The position numbers were made by a program, and so were the translations under genes. From an uncultured delta proteobacterium (GTDB lineage Bacteria; Desulfobacterota; Desulfomonilia; Desulfomonilales; Desulfomonilaceae), in contig CAWBKB010000005.1 of the NCBI GenBank assembly GCA_963789265.1, positions 773,635 through 837,634 of the forward strand: 64,000 nt of DNA, given 5' to 3'. Shown piece by piece: positions 12,839-23,636 of the stretch. Under the pieces are notes generated by a model, which saw only the letters and a program-made list of their open reading frames with translations, did not search any database and was not told the DNA's origin. Each line of letters begins with the position of its first letter. The stretch's first letter is position 1.

Positions 12839-13331
12839 TACCCATCCTCCTCCTGAAAGGACCAAGCCCGTCCTAGATCGCGGATGTTCGGCCGCGTCGG
12901 GCAGGGCCGGCATGGCAGAGGAAGTTCGCTTGAATCGTCCTTAAAGGGCAATTTTTCCGGGCGCGCGGCCGAAGAGCTCTCGAAGCGCGTCTGTTTCGAG
13001 TGAAAATTGCCCAGCGGTAGCGACGGCAACAGTCGGCATGTGTCTTTCGTTACAGACAGGGGGGTATTCTTCGAGGAACGGAGGGCCGGTTAAGGGCGGG
13101 TGCAGACGGCACGGTTCGGGAGAACCATTGACGATCAATCTCTCAAATTCCCGGAGATCGGCCACGCTCGCGTTCACGAACCAATCCTACCAACCCTCAA
13201 GGCTGCCCCGTTGTCTCTGACAGATTATACGGCGGCCCGTGTAATGCGGGCTTTGCCTCCAACGACCACTTAACGTCGTTGTCGATCATTACATATTCTT
13301 GGCATCTTGGCAATTTTTTAAGACGCGGGCT

Positions 13332-13562
13332 TCATGTCCCCCATGTCAGAACCCTCAAAAGGAAGAGTGCCAAAATGATCAGCCACGCACTCTGAATGCT
13401 GGTCTGAACCAGTTGCGACCAGCGGGGCTTGTCTCTCAGCCAAATCGAGGCGATTATAAGAAGCCAGAATATAACAAGATATTGCCACCCCTTGCTGTAA
13501 CCAAGCCACTGGCCGTACAGGCCCGCGCAATTAAGGAGAAGCGCTTCGCCAATCGATTTCAT
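13332..13562 (-). CDS. Small membrane protein, hypothetical
   Basis: ATG at 13562 preceded by GGAGG; two hydrophobic segments. Confidence 0.55.
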   Translation of the reverse strand: MKSIGEALLLNCAGLYGQWLGYSKGWQYLVIFWLLIIASIWLRDKPRWSQLVQTSIQSAWLIILALFLLRVLTWGT

Positions 13563-13658
13563 TTTAGTCCTCCTTCCTTTATTGAAATTGTAAGCAAAGC
13601 ACGCATAAAGTCCATTGTTTCCAGAAGGCCGAGGCAAAATAGCTCTGAGCTGCAATTA

Positions 13659-14852
13659 TCATTCAAATCTCATGGCATCTGCCGCATCCAGACGACTGGC
13701 TTTTCCGGCGGGTATCAATCCGGATAATATACCCAGGACCACCCCAAAAAATACCCCTCCAATCAGACTGGCCAGCAGTACTTCGTATGCCGCAACTATA
13801 TTGAAAACTATCTCGAGAATATTTATAGCGACCAATCCGATAAGGCTGCCTATTACAACACCCAACAGACTGATACAAACGGATTCCAATAGGAATTGAG
13901 ACATTATCATGCGGTCGGTTGCCCCAACGGCTTTTCGAAGTCCTATCTCGGTAGTTCTTTCCCTCACAGCGGCCAGCATTACACTGGTAATACCAAGTCC
14001 GCCCAACAGAAGAGTCACGAACGCGGCCGCGTACAGGAACACCTTTACCAGCAACACCGCACTCTTTAATGTCTTAAGCGCTCCCGGATAATGGACAACC
14101 TGAATCGCATCGGCGTAGCCCGGTTGATTTCGTTTCAACAAGTTGTAGATGTCATTGTGGAGCTTGGGAACCACATCCCAGTTGACCGCGCGAATGTAAA
14201 TATCTCGCAGTTTGTACATTGCCACGAATCTGGACCTGGCAACCGTGATGGGAATCAATATGGTGTTCAGATACATTGGATCTTCCATTCCTCCCATCAC
14301 GCCGACCACTCGGAACGTGTAGCCACCCAAAAATATTTCTTTTCCCAGCGGACTCTCATCTCGCGCGAACAATCGTTTCAAAACGTCGGTCCCTATGATG
14401 CTGACACTCTTCCTATGCCTTATGTCATTCTCGGTAAACTTTCGCCCCTGTGATACGGGCATGAAAACAGTGTCGAAAAAGCGGGGACTGACTCCCATGA
14501 TTCTGTCATTTCCAACTTTCTTATTATTATAACTGAAGGGCATATAATTCCATACCACCGCACATGCATCGTAAACACCCGGAAGCCTTTTGATATCTTC
14601 AATATCTTTGGCGAAATACTGACCATGATGCCATTTTCGGGCTCTGTCAAAGTTCCATGATGCCTTTAAGACCGTTGCACTGCCTAATACTTCGAGATTT
14701 CGACCAAGATCGGTTTCAACGGAATCCCCAATGGTCAAAACAGTCATCAAACCTGCCAATCCCAATGAAATCCCGAGGAGAACACCGTTATACCGCCGTT
14801 TGTTCCGGTAGACCTGACGCAAAGCAATGGTAAACAGATCGGACGCGTGCAT
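13659..14852 (-). CDS. MacB/FtsX-type ABC transporter permease
   Basis: N-terminal TM, periplasmic domain, GGLGITSVMLAAVRERTTEIGLRKAVGA, and C-terminal PAGKASRLDAADAMRFE. Confidence 0.9.
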   Translation of the reverse strand: MHASDLFTIALRQVYRNKRRYNGVLLGISLGLAGLMTVLTIGDSVETDLGRNLEVLGSATVLKASWNFDRARKWHHGQYFAKDIEDIKRLPGVYDACAVVWNYMPFSYNNKKVGNDRIMGVSPRFFDTVFMPVSQGRKFTENDIRHRKSVSIIGTDVLKRLFARDESPLGKEIFLGGYTFRVVGVMGGMEDPMYLNTILIPITVARSRFVAMYKLRDIYIRAVNWDVVPKLHNDIYNLLKRNQPGYADAIQVVHYPGALKTLKSAVLLVKVFLYAAAFVTLLLGGLGITSVMLAAVRERTTEIGLRKAVGATDRMIMSQFLLESVCISLLGVVIGSLIGLVAINILEIVFNIVAAYEVLLASLIGGVFFGVVLGILSGLIPAGKASRLDAADAMRFE

Positions 14853-15096
14853 ATCGATCAGCCTTCAGATTCGGTACGGACACGGCGGAATTCTATTCAC
14901 ATCGGTACTGCCCCGATGTCGGCCGGCAATCATAATTGCCCGCATCGGACATCACGGCATCCGGGCTGAAGAATCCTGTCGGCCCTCGCCACATATAATG
15001 TTACAATTTACCCCAGTCCGTGATTTGACACAAGATTCGTGGTCCACTGGGTTCGCAGCGAGAAAGCTGACGACGGTTTCCAGAGGCGGTTAGGTA

Positions 15097-15125
15097 TTGA
15101 CAGAAAACCTGCATTTAGATAATGT
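15097..15125 (+). promoter_or_regulatory. Sigma70-type promoter of tRNA-Pro
   Basis: TTGACA-17 nt-TAATGT ending 12 nt before the tRNA. Confidence 0.6.
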
Positions 15126-15137
15126 CAAACCATACGT

Positions 15138-15214
15138 CGGGGCGTAGCGCAGTCTGGTAGCGTACCTGAATGGGGTTCAGGTGGTCGCTGGTTCAAATCC
15201 AGTCGCCCCGACCA
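15138..15214 (+). tRNA. tRNA-Pro (GGG)
   Basis: CGGGGCG/CGCCCCG acceptor stem, anticodon arm CCTGA-ATGGGGT-TCAGG, GGTTCAAATCC T-arm, encoded CCA. Confidence 0.97.
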
Positions 15215-15410
15215 CGAAAAATCATTTCAATTTTACTCGTTCAGCAGCCGAAGGTTCTCGGCTGTTTCCTTTTTTGGGGTCAATGCTCGCTGTTTGGCGG
15301 TACGTGTGAAGGCACGGGGAGCAACCGGTCACGCGGGTATGCGGCTCGCGTCGAACAGGCGAATATTGGAGGGAAGAAAAGAGGCAATCTTAGCAAAGAA
15401 AGTGGACCTT
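15168..15410 (+). repeat. Copy A of a ~240-bp direct repeat (tRNA-Pro 3' half plus ~195-bp arm)
   Basis: Aligns by eye with 17503-17744; includes the terminator CAGCCGAAGGTTCTCGGCTG-TTTCCTTTTT. Confidence 0.9.
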
Positions 15411-15461
15411 TTAATGGGCGACCGAGTGCGCTACCCGCACGTCTTCAGAGTCCTTTCACTG

Positions 15462-15788
15462 TCAGTTTAGCCGCTGCTGGAGCATGGCTTTGGCATTCCG
15501 CAGGTTTGCGCCGGCAGTTTGAGCGTAATAAGTGGCATGAGCAGATTGAAAGACCTTAAGGGCTGCCTTGTATGCCCCCACCGCCTCTTCCAGCCGTTCG
15601 GTACCACTCTCCCGTTCCCCAATGCTGCATAGAGCGCTGCCCAGGTTGTTTTGGGTCGTGGCCCAGTGAAGCGGCACTCGATCACGGGTACGCTCTTTCA
15701 ATGCCTCACGGCACAGCCTCACCGCGCTCCCCAGGCCGCCCGAAAGGGAGATCTGCCTATCACTTGTCTGACAAACCACTGACATCAA
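15462..15788 (-). pseudogene. C-terminal remnant of a TPR protein
   Basis: ERTRDRVPLHWATTQNNLGSAL...ERLEEAVGAYKAAL is a typical TPR unit; only ~1.5 repeats and no convincing N-terminus. Confidence 0.7.
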
Positions 15789-15868
15789 TTAGTCTAACGT
15801 CGCCCTCGGTCCACCCTAACCAAGATTAGGCATGGTTTCGCATACGTCTGGCTGCTTCGCAACTATTC

Positions 15869-17029
15869 CTACGGCAACCCTATTACCGTCACCGTGGCAG
15901 TCTCATTATGAAGCTGACACCCACTGTCTCGTTTTGAAGGACAGTACTCTCCGTAAGTGTAGAAGCCTGTCATCGGTACTCCCCTACCTACAACTGAGCT
16001 AATGCGCAAAGTCTCCTCGCCCGTATGAGAGCCTAGCAGTATCTTGCGGGCCATACACGAATAAAAGAATATCATGGCCGGCTTACTAGCGCCCAAATCG
16101 ATCATAGCTCGTCTGGCCGCTTCAGCGGAAGCTTCCAACAAGCTTTCCTTGAGTCCGCCGGAGGCCAATTGCATAGTCACCCCTTCGGGAACTTCTCCTG
16201 CGAATGTGACAGAACCCTCGTTCTCATCTATCGCCATGGCGGCTCGCAATACAGGATCCTCGCCGAGGCTTAATGATTCGTCTACAATACCGAATGGGAA
16301 CTGCACCCCGACAGATGGCAGCTTATCTGCCCAAGGGCCGAGATACGATCGGTAAACCGCCAAAGCAGGCTGTCCATCGAATTCATAGACAACGTTACCT
16401 CGGGCACGGGTAACCTTTTTGGGTACTCCCACCGGCATCCACCCACTCTTCACTCCGGTGCCCACATGGAAGTTGCCCGTCATGGATATGGCCACGGCCG
16501 AGTCAGACAAGATCCTATTTCCGATGAACTGCCATGTTTGCTTGAACTGCCTTGCGTCGCCCGCCGCACCTCCGCTTATGGGCACATGGGGTCCAAGAAT
16601 TGAGGTCAACCCGCGCGCGATGGCGCTACCGTTTCCAGTAAGACCATCCGACAGCACTTGCACGTGACGCGAGTCACTGGGAAGGCCGCGGGCCAGTTTC
16701 TTCCCAGCCATATCGCCGTCGCGGCCGATATTCGAAACGGAAGCTATCTGAAATCTGATCTGATCGGTTGCAATTCCAGCCAACACCGCTGATTCGAAGC
16801 TGAACCCTGATGAAGAGATTTCTCCATCGGCGGTGCACCCGACAAAACTCTTCGCTGCTGCCGAGGCATAGGCTCCTGCCACCAAATCCGACAAACCTGG
16901 GCCAGGGGCACAGAAAAGCCAGCATGCACTAGGCTCCTGTCCCAATTTCTCGACGAGTGCTTCTCCCATCTCCCGACCCAGCGCTTTAGAAAATGCTTCT
17001 CTGCCCACTACTGTGGCCGCTTTGAACAT
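15869..17029 (-). CDS. Stand-alone FIST N/C domain protein
   Basis: VGCTADGEI, ISGGAAGD, FYSCMARK, GFYTYGEY motifs; ATG at 17029 with AAGGGG RBS. Confidence 0.88.
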   Translation of the reverse strand: MFKAATVVGREAFSKALGREMGEALVEKLGQEPSACWLFCAPGPGLSDLVAGAYASAAAKSFVGCTADGEISSSGFSFESAVLAGIATDQIRFQIASVSNIGRDGDMAGKKLARGLPSDSRHVQVLSDGLTGNGSAIARGLTSILGPHVPISGGAAGDARQFKQTWQFIGNRILSDSAVAISMTGNFHVGTGVKSGWMPVGVPKKVTRARGNVVYEFDGQPALAVYRSYLGPWADKLPSVGVQFPFGIVDESLSLGEDPVLRAAMAIDENEGSVTFAGEVPEGVTMQLASGGLKESLLEASAEAARRAMIDLGASKPAMIFFYSCMARKILLGSHTGEETLRISSVVGRGVPMTGFYTYGEYCPSKRDSGCQLHNETATVTVIGLP

Positions 17030-17123
17030 GTCTACCCCTTTCGAAGTTAAACCAGTCTCAAAAAAAGATATATCCGGCCTTGCACTCTCATAGATCATGA
17101 CAGTGAGCCGTCAGGATTATTTG

Positions 17124-17139
17124 AGCAATATTTGTGCCG
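17124..17139 (-). promoter_or_regulatory. Putative sigma54 promoter of the FIST gene
   Basis: Minus strand reads CGGCAC-AAATA-TTGCT, with correct GG-N10-GC spacing. Confidence 0.55.
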
Positions 17140-17502
17140 TCGGCCGAAATGTACAGTCAAATGTGAGGAAATATTGGCACTAATTGATTGGCAATCTGTC
17201 GGGGTTATATTCGCCGAACCACACAAAGCTACCTACAGGTAACATACCGCGCTATTGATACCTAAAAGTAGCCTTGATAAGGTGGCCTGCCCGTCAGCAT
17301 TGGTCCCTGTGACGAGAAGACCTATGGCGGTCTCGGGTCCGTGGATAGCTTTCAAAGAGGCCGAGAGACGACCGAATATCAGGTGCTATCCGTTGTGAGC
17401 ATCTTGCGGACACTGGTTAGGTACTGTAGTGACTTGTGAGGATTCTTTTGGCAACGGGCAACAGCCAGCCTTAATATGATTGAGTCTAGTCTACTTCTCC
17501 AG

Positions 17503-17744
17503 GAACGGGGTTCAGGTGGTCGCTGGTTCAAATCCAGTCGCCCCAACCACGAAAAATCCATTCAGTTTTACTCGTTTAGCCGCCGAAGGTTCTCGGCTGT
17601 TTCCTTTTTGGGGCAGGTGCTCGTTGTTCCACGATATGAGTGAAGGCATGGGAAGCAACCGGTCACGCCGGGGCGTGCTTCGCGTCGAACAGGCGAATAC
17701 TGGGGGCCAAGAAAAAGGCTGATCTGAGCAAAGAATATGGCCTT
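17503..17744 (+). repeat. Copy B: tRNA-Pro 3' fragment (17503-17549, att-like) plus conserved arm
   Basis: GAACGGGGTTCAGGTGGTCGCTGGTTCAAATCCAGTCGCCCCAACCA, then sequence alignable to 15215-15410. Confidence 0.9.
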
Positions 17745-17759
17745 GACCGCGTGTGCAGT

Positions 17760-18092
17760 TCACTTTTCCTCGTCTTTCCAAGAAAGTTTCACCTTGAAAT
17801 TAGCTCCGGTTGAGCCTTTTGCAATCACGAATCCGACTTCGGCATTGAACGTAAAGCCGAACTCAACCTCAACCTGTTGAGGACGCGGTTCCCCCATTTC
17901 GCGGAGTTTCTGCACTATTGCTTTCAGTGGCTTTCTGAACCGCTGGAGCGCGTCCTCCACATCTACGGTGGCTTCGAACAGTCTCTCCCCGAAGTCAGCA
18001 GACGCTTTGACCATTCCGCCTTCCTCTTGGATCTCGACTTCCATCACCAGCCCGTCCCCTTCCTTCATCGGGATTCGAACAAGCCCGTTCAT
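17760..18092 (-). CDS. Trypco1 (CU044_2847-like) trypsin co-occurring protein
   Basis: 110 aa; C-terminal PQQVEVEFGFTFNAEVGFVIAKGSTGANFKVKLSW matches the family pattern as I recall it; AAGGAG RBS; adjacent to a trypsin gene. Confidence 0.8.
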   Translation of the reverse strand: MNGLVRIPMKEGDGLVMEVEIQEEGGMVKASADFGERLFEATVDVEDALQRFRKPLKAIVQKLREMGEPRPQQVEVEFGFTFNAEVGFVIAKGSTGANFKVKLSWKDEEK

Positions 18093-18319
18093 AATCGTCT
18101 CCTTTCTCGACATCCTTGGTATCAGCATTGCGGCAAACCCGTAGCTTTCAATGGGACAAACTATATGCTATGTTTCACTACGGGCCAAGGCAATTATTCC
18201 AAGACCATAGCTTTCTCGCGTCAATCTGGGGGCCTCTTTTTTGCGCCAATGGCTGTTTTGGGCCCCTTGTAAAACGATTTCGTCAACGAAAACAGAACTA
18301 GCCTTAAGGGGGTACACCA

Positions 18320-21300
18320 GTGACGCAAGATCTCCTGGCAGGCGTAGTCGCCATTCTACCGTATAAGGAGACCAAAAGCGGGACGGGATTCCTCGTCCAT
18401 CACGATGGCCTCATAGTTACTTGTTCCCATGTGGTGCAAAGTGAAAACGAGCAGAAAAGGAACAAGCCTCGTCTTGAACGTGTCAAGGTTGTTTTTCACA
18501 ATTGTGGTGAGGAGCGGCTTGCCAAGGTCGAGTCGCAATGGTGGCGTCCTCGTGATGGAGAAGACGTAGCAATATTAAGAATCGAGGGCGACCTGCCGCG
18601 GACTGCGAAAGTGCTTCCACTGGGGTCATCGGTCAATATCGCCGGTCATGAGTTTGAGAGCTTTGGTTATCCCGTGAATTACCCCGGAGGGCTCTGGGGT
18701 TATGGAAGGCTCGGAAATCCCATTCAGGATCAGGCTGGCAAAGGCTTGGTGCAGCTCAGGGACGCGAAGAGATACTCCTAGGCTTCAGCGGAGCCCCCAT
18801 TTGGGACAAATCGAAGAGCTGCGTGGTCGGCATGGTTACCTCTTATGCGAGGCCCGAGCAAGGAAGACTCGAGGAAACCGCTTTTGTGACCCCGTCGGAA
18901 ACTCTAGTTGCTGTCTGTCCGCCACTTGAAATCTTGCATGGGCTGGATATTTTCTACAAACCCACACAAGAAAACATGAGCTCGATCTCTGACCGAATCG
19001 GCCCCAATGTCTCTATTCCGAGAGACCAGGAGATCAGTACACTGGAGGAGATCTCCCGGACGCACCAACTGGCGTTTGTCACAGGCTCATCGGGCTGCGG
19101 GAAAACCGTGGTAGTCAAGATGTGGGCTCAGGAAAAGCTCAGGCATTCCACAGTGATCTGGTGGAACGCTTCCCTTCTTGCCGCCGATGATTTCGCCTCC
19201 TTCGAGCAAAAGCTTCATCTCCCAGACCCTCTTCTTGAAGCGCTTTCAAATAAGTCGTCCGATTGGGGATACCTGGTCGTGGATGGATTGGACCGACAAT
19301 ATAAACCCGAAGTATTCCGAAATCTCTCGACGGTCCTCCGGGCTGTGGGTCTTGGCAAAGGCAGTTCATGGGGGATAGTAATCACGTCTCAGGATGAGGA
19401 TGTGGAACGCCTGCAGTCCGAGCTGTTGCAGGCGAGGGTCGAGGTTAGCGAGATGGGCTCTGTAGCCATTCAGGAACCTTCGCTAAGCGATTTGCATGTC
19501 GTTTGGGAGAGTTTTCCGGCCCTTGCCAGATTGGCTCTGCAAGAGCATCTCCATCGATTGCTTCTCAAACCGAAGGTCCTGGATTTGTTCGCACGACGGC
19601 TCGCTGCAGGGAGATCTGTGGACACATCAAAGTGGGCCGGAGAGTCGGACCTCATCGAGTGGTTTTGGAGTGGTCAAGTGCGAACCGGCAATATGAGGGC
19701 CGAAAGGGACCGATTTCTTAAGCTCCTGGCCGGAAAGCAGGCGGATGAACTCCTCTCGGAAATTCCAGCCGACGATTTCAATGTGTCCGATTTGCAGCCC
19801 GTAGACGTTCTCATCGGTGATGGCCTACTGAAATTTGTTGATGGGCGATACGCTTTTCAGCACGACTTATTCGGGGATTGGTCTCGCCAGACAATTCTTC
19901 TGGGGCGACGTAGACAACTCTCGACTTTTCTTGAAAACAAACTCGGCTCTCCGCTGTGGCATCGCGCCGTCAGGCTCTTGGGTTTGCATCTGTTGGAGCA
20001 GGAATCTTTGGTCGCGTGGGAAGAAGTGTATGAGGTTTTGGGCACGTTGAAAGATGGTGGTGGTTTGGCCCAGGATCTCATGACCGAGTCCGTAATTTTT
20101 GCAGCAAGTCCAGGATCACTTCTAGAAGAAATGTGGAAACGACTTGAGGCGAATAACGGCCTTTTATTAGGGCGCTTTCTGAACAGGTTTCTCCAAATAG
20201 CCACATATCCGAACTTCATTGTATTGGAGATCGCTCGATTGCTGTTTCCGGAGTCTCAAGCTCAGGCCGCAACGACAGAAAGAATTCCGTACAAGCTTTA
20301 CTGGCCTCCTATAATTCAGTTTCTTCACGACCACAAGAATCAGACACTGAGCATTGCCCCGAAGCTGGTGGCGGAGGTTTGTGAGAAGTGGCTACGCTAT
20401 GCGTCCCCAACAGACGCGACCATCGTGGAAGCAGCCGATATGGCTCTAGACTTGGCCGAAATTAGAGTCGCTCTGGGCATAGTGTACTGGCGAGGTCATA
20501 GAGACGAATTCGATCGCCTGGTTTTCAAAGCTGCTCTAGCGGCCTGTAAAGCCGATCTTGGACGATCCAGAGGCTTTGCTCTTACGGCCTGCGGGACGCC
20601 GGGAGCCCTCGAAAAAATGGCAAAATATGAGGCTGACGCACGATCAACCGGTAAGGTCGAGCATCTTCGATCTGAGCTCGGGAATGTTCGAATAGAGCCG
20701 GTCTATGAGGACGAAACTGACCCCAACCAGATCCCGCCCAGCCCTTGGCCGGATGGTCCTCTGAGGCATGTAGAAGATGCGTTTGCGGACGCTTCCTTCA
20801 AATCGGACGCTCTGCACCCCCTGATCGTAATTGAGCCAGCGACAGCGAGGGAAGTCATCTTGGCAGCGCTCATCGAGGACCCAGGGGAACGGGCCTATCA
20901 TCGTTCAAGACCTCATGGTTCGTCAAAGCTGGGCCTCACCATGAAAGACCAAGCCTTCTATCCACCTCTTTATTTTCAAGGCCCGTTTACGTTCTTCTTG
21001 CAGAACCGCTTTGATGAAGCCCTCGATTTGATCATTAGACTTGTAAATTTTGTTACGTCCAGGTGGGAAGAGGTTCAGAGGGAGCAACTAGGAGTTATGG
21101 TTGATTTGGAGAGCGGCCCAAAATGGTTCGTTGGAGATCTGGATGTCTTTTACTGGCATCGAGATAATGGGTCTGCGCCACATGCAGTTGTGTCAGCTCT
21201 GATGGCTCTTGAATACTGGTTCTACAATCAACCGGAAAACGGTGATGCGACTATAAGTGCGATTCGTACTATTCTTGAGAACTCTAGCTCGCTTGCATTA

Positions 21301-23403
21301 CTTGGGCTGCTATGCTGCGTGGGGAAGAAGAACCCAGTGCTGTTCACTAAGGACCTTCAACCGCTCTTTTCGGTGCCGGAATTCTATTTCTGGGACCAGG
21401 TACATCTACTCCAGGGCGAGCAGCTCCAAATGCTGCCTTGGGGAGGACTGGGCAAACCTGAGTGGATGGGGAAGCTAGCCCATGAATGGCATAACTTAGA
21501 ACACCGGAAGCTATTGCTTGTAAACATTGCTTTTCAACTTCTCGTCGCATCGGGAGAAACGAGGCAATTCTTTGACGGTGTCAGGCCAAGATGGCAGGAG
21601 CGCGTTGACAGCGGGCAAGAGGGCAACAGGGGAACGAACTTCTTGAGGCAACTTATCGGGCTGTTCGATCCTGCCAATTTCCGTCAAGGAACGGACGCCA
21701 ATGGCAATGAGGTTATCTTCAGCCAACCGCCCTCGTCGGAGCCGAACGAGGATCACGATGAGACCACAAGACAGCTGCACCAGAGGATGCGTTTACTCAC
21801 GTTACCGAACCATCTTTGGCAGATTCTGATCGGAAAAAAGACGCTGTCGGAGGACGAACTAGGTTCATTTTGGGCTCAGATCCAAGATGTTGCATCGCCG
21901 GGACCAATTCCAGGGCATGACTGGCAGACATTCGGACCCATCCACTGTCTCACCGGCGGAGCGGCAATCCTGTTAAAGCATCATCGTGACTGGTTGCGGC
22001 AATACCCGGACCGGGAGCAGTGGTGCATATGGGTGATTATCGATTCAGTCTTGAACCCGCCTGAATCTCCGCCATTTGATAATGGGCTCATCCATATGGA
22101 TGGACGATGGCAAGGCTTCTGTGCCTCCTTGATCCCCATTTTGTGGTCAGAGAATCCTTCTTCGCAGGAGTTTCGACGATGCATGGCCCTGTTGGCAACC
22201 GATTTTCACTACGACACGATTCGGATCCTGTTTGAATCAGCTGCTCGACGGAGAAACCTGCTGAGAGAAGATTTTTCTCGATTGCGGCATATGAGCATGC
22301 GTTGGGCTGTTGCCCGCTGGGCGACCATGATCATGGAGCGTTTAGACAAGCAGACTTCGCCTCTGCCGGAATGGCGAGACCGGGAAACTCAACGTTTTGC
22401 TGATGCCCTAGTTCCGGCCGAAGTCCCGCGATGGCTCGATATAAAGCTGACCGTCAATAGTGAACTTCCTGATGTTCAAGAGGAAGATGGACGAGGTGAA
22501 ACGGAAACCGAGGAAGCGGCTTACTTAGATCTCCATGTTGTCGTGGCCGCTCATTCTTGGCTCCCCGGCTTGAATGAAGCGGTCGACGAGGCGGAAAGGG
22601 CCGAGTGGCTTTTTTTTTGGAGAGAGGCGCTGCGGTATAGCATTAAACTTTATCAAGAATGTCTCAGCGGCGGTCATACTTTTGATAACACCAATGATGA
22701 CTGGTACCGCTGGCTTTTCGATAGACTTGCTCTTGTCATTCGAACCTGCACTACCGCGGAAGAAGCGGAGGGTCATTGGCGTCCAATCTTGGAGCTCGGA
22801 CCGGAGGGGCATCATTGGATAGAAACTTTCCTGTCTTCCTGGTTTGTCGTGAATTTGCAGATTCAAACTTTCCCGGAGAAATTCCTTTCGCAGTGGCGAA
22901 GAATGATTGAGTTTGGGGCCGTTTCTCAGGAATGGAATTTAGCCACAGCAAACAGGACGCATGATTTGGAAACCATGTGGTGCAATTTGCTGGGTTTTGG
23001 CGGGTCATGGGTCAAGATGTGGGACGAATCTCACCGCGATAAGATTCAAGAAATGCAAACAGTATATGAAGTTTGGGCAAAAGAACATCTGGTACGCCCC
23101 AGGTGCGCGATGCTATTCGCCATATTCTTGAAGCAACCCGCTACTGTAGGGCTTTTATTCAAAGGTCTTACGTGGCTTGGCACTGCTGCGAAGGCGGCGG
23201 GCAACTATTACTTTAGAGATAAGGAAACATTGGACCAAATTAGTTCGTTGCTGGATCATTGTTGGAACTCTCACCGCTCAGAGCTTCGGACAGATGCGGC
23301 CGCTTTCAACGCTTTCCGGTATTTGTTGACGAGATTGGCTGAACTTCAGGAGCTTGTCGCAAATGAGATTTTGAGGCAGCTCGCCACCCAAAGAGATAAA
23401 TGA
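18320..23403 (+). CDS. Trypsin-like protease fused to a STAND/NACHT-like NTPase and long helical C-terminus (~1694 aa if the frameshift near 18770 is corrected)
   Basis: Triad motifs VTCSHVV, EDVAIL and GFSGAPIW (18781-18804, in frame with 18823..23403); Walker A VTGSSGCGKT; Walker B YLVVDGLD; FQHDLFGDW. Confidence 0.85.
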
Positions 23404-23636
23404 GATTTTTTCAGAACGCCACTCGGCGTTCGCAGCCAGATCCATCGCTGATTGTTGTTAGTTGGTTGTCACCAGACCAAGGGCAGAACGCCTGATTTGG
23501 TCTTCCGGCTAAATCCTATTGACTTGGGTGAGAGACTTTTGCGTGATTCGGTCATGGACGGATATCGATTGTAGTGGATTTTTGCAGCGTGCTGTGGGCA
23601 AATCTTGGCGAAATAATTAGTTATTTATTGTTCACG

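Noticed and set aside
13190..13290. c-di-GMP riboswitch upstream of the PAS kinase
   Set aside because: GGCAAAG is present on the minus strand, but I could not build the two-hairpin GEMM structure.
18750..18790. Programmed frameshift between the protease and NTPase
   Set aside because: No slippery heptamer is visible, one missing G fixes the frame, and similar indels occur throughout the window. Not formally excluded without reads.
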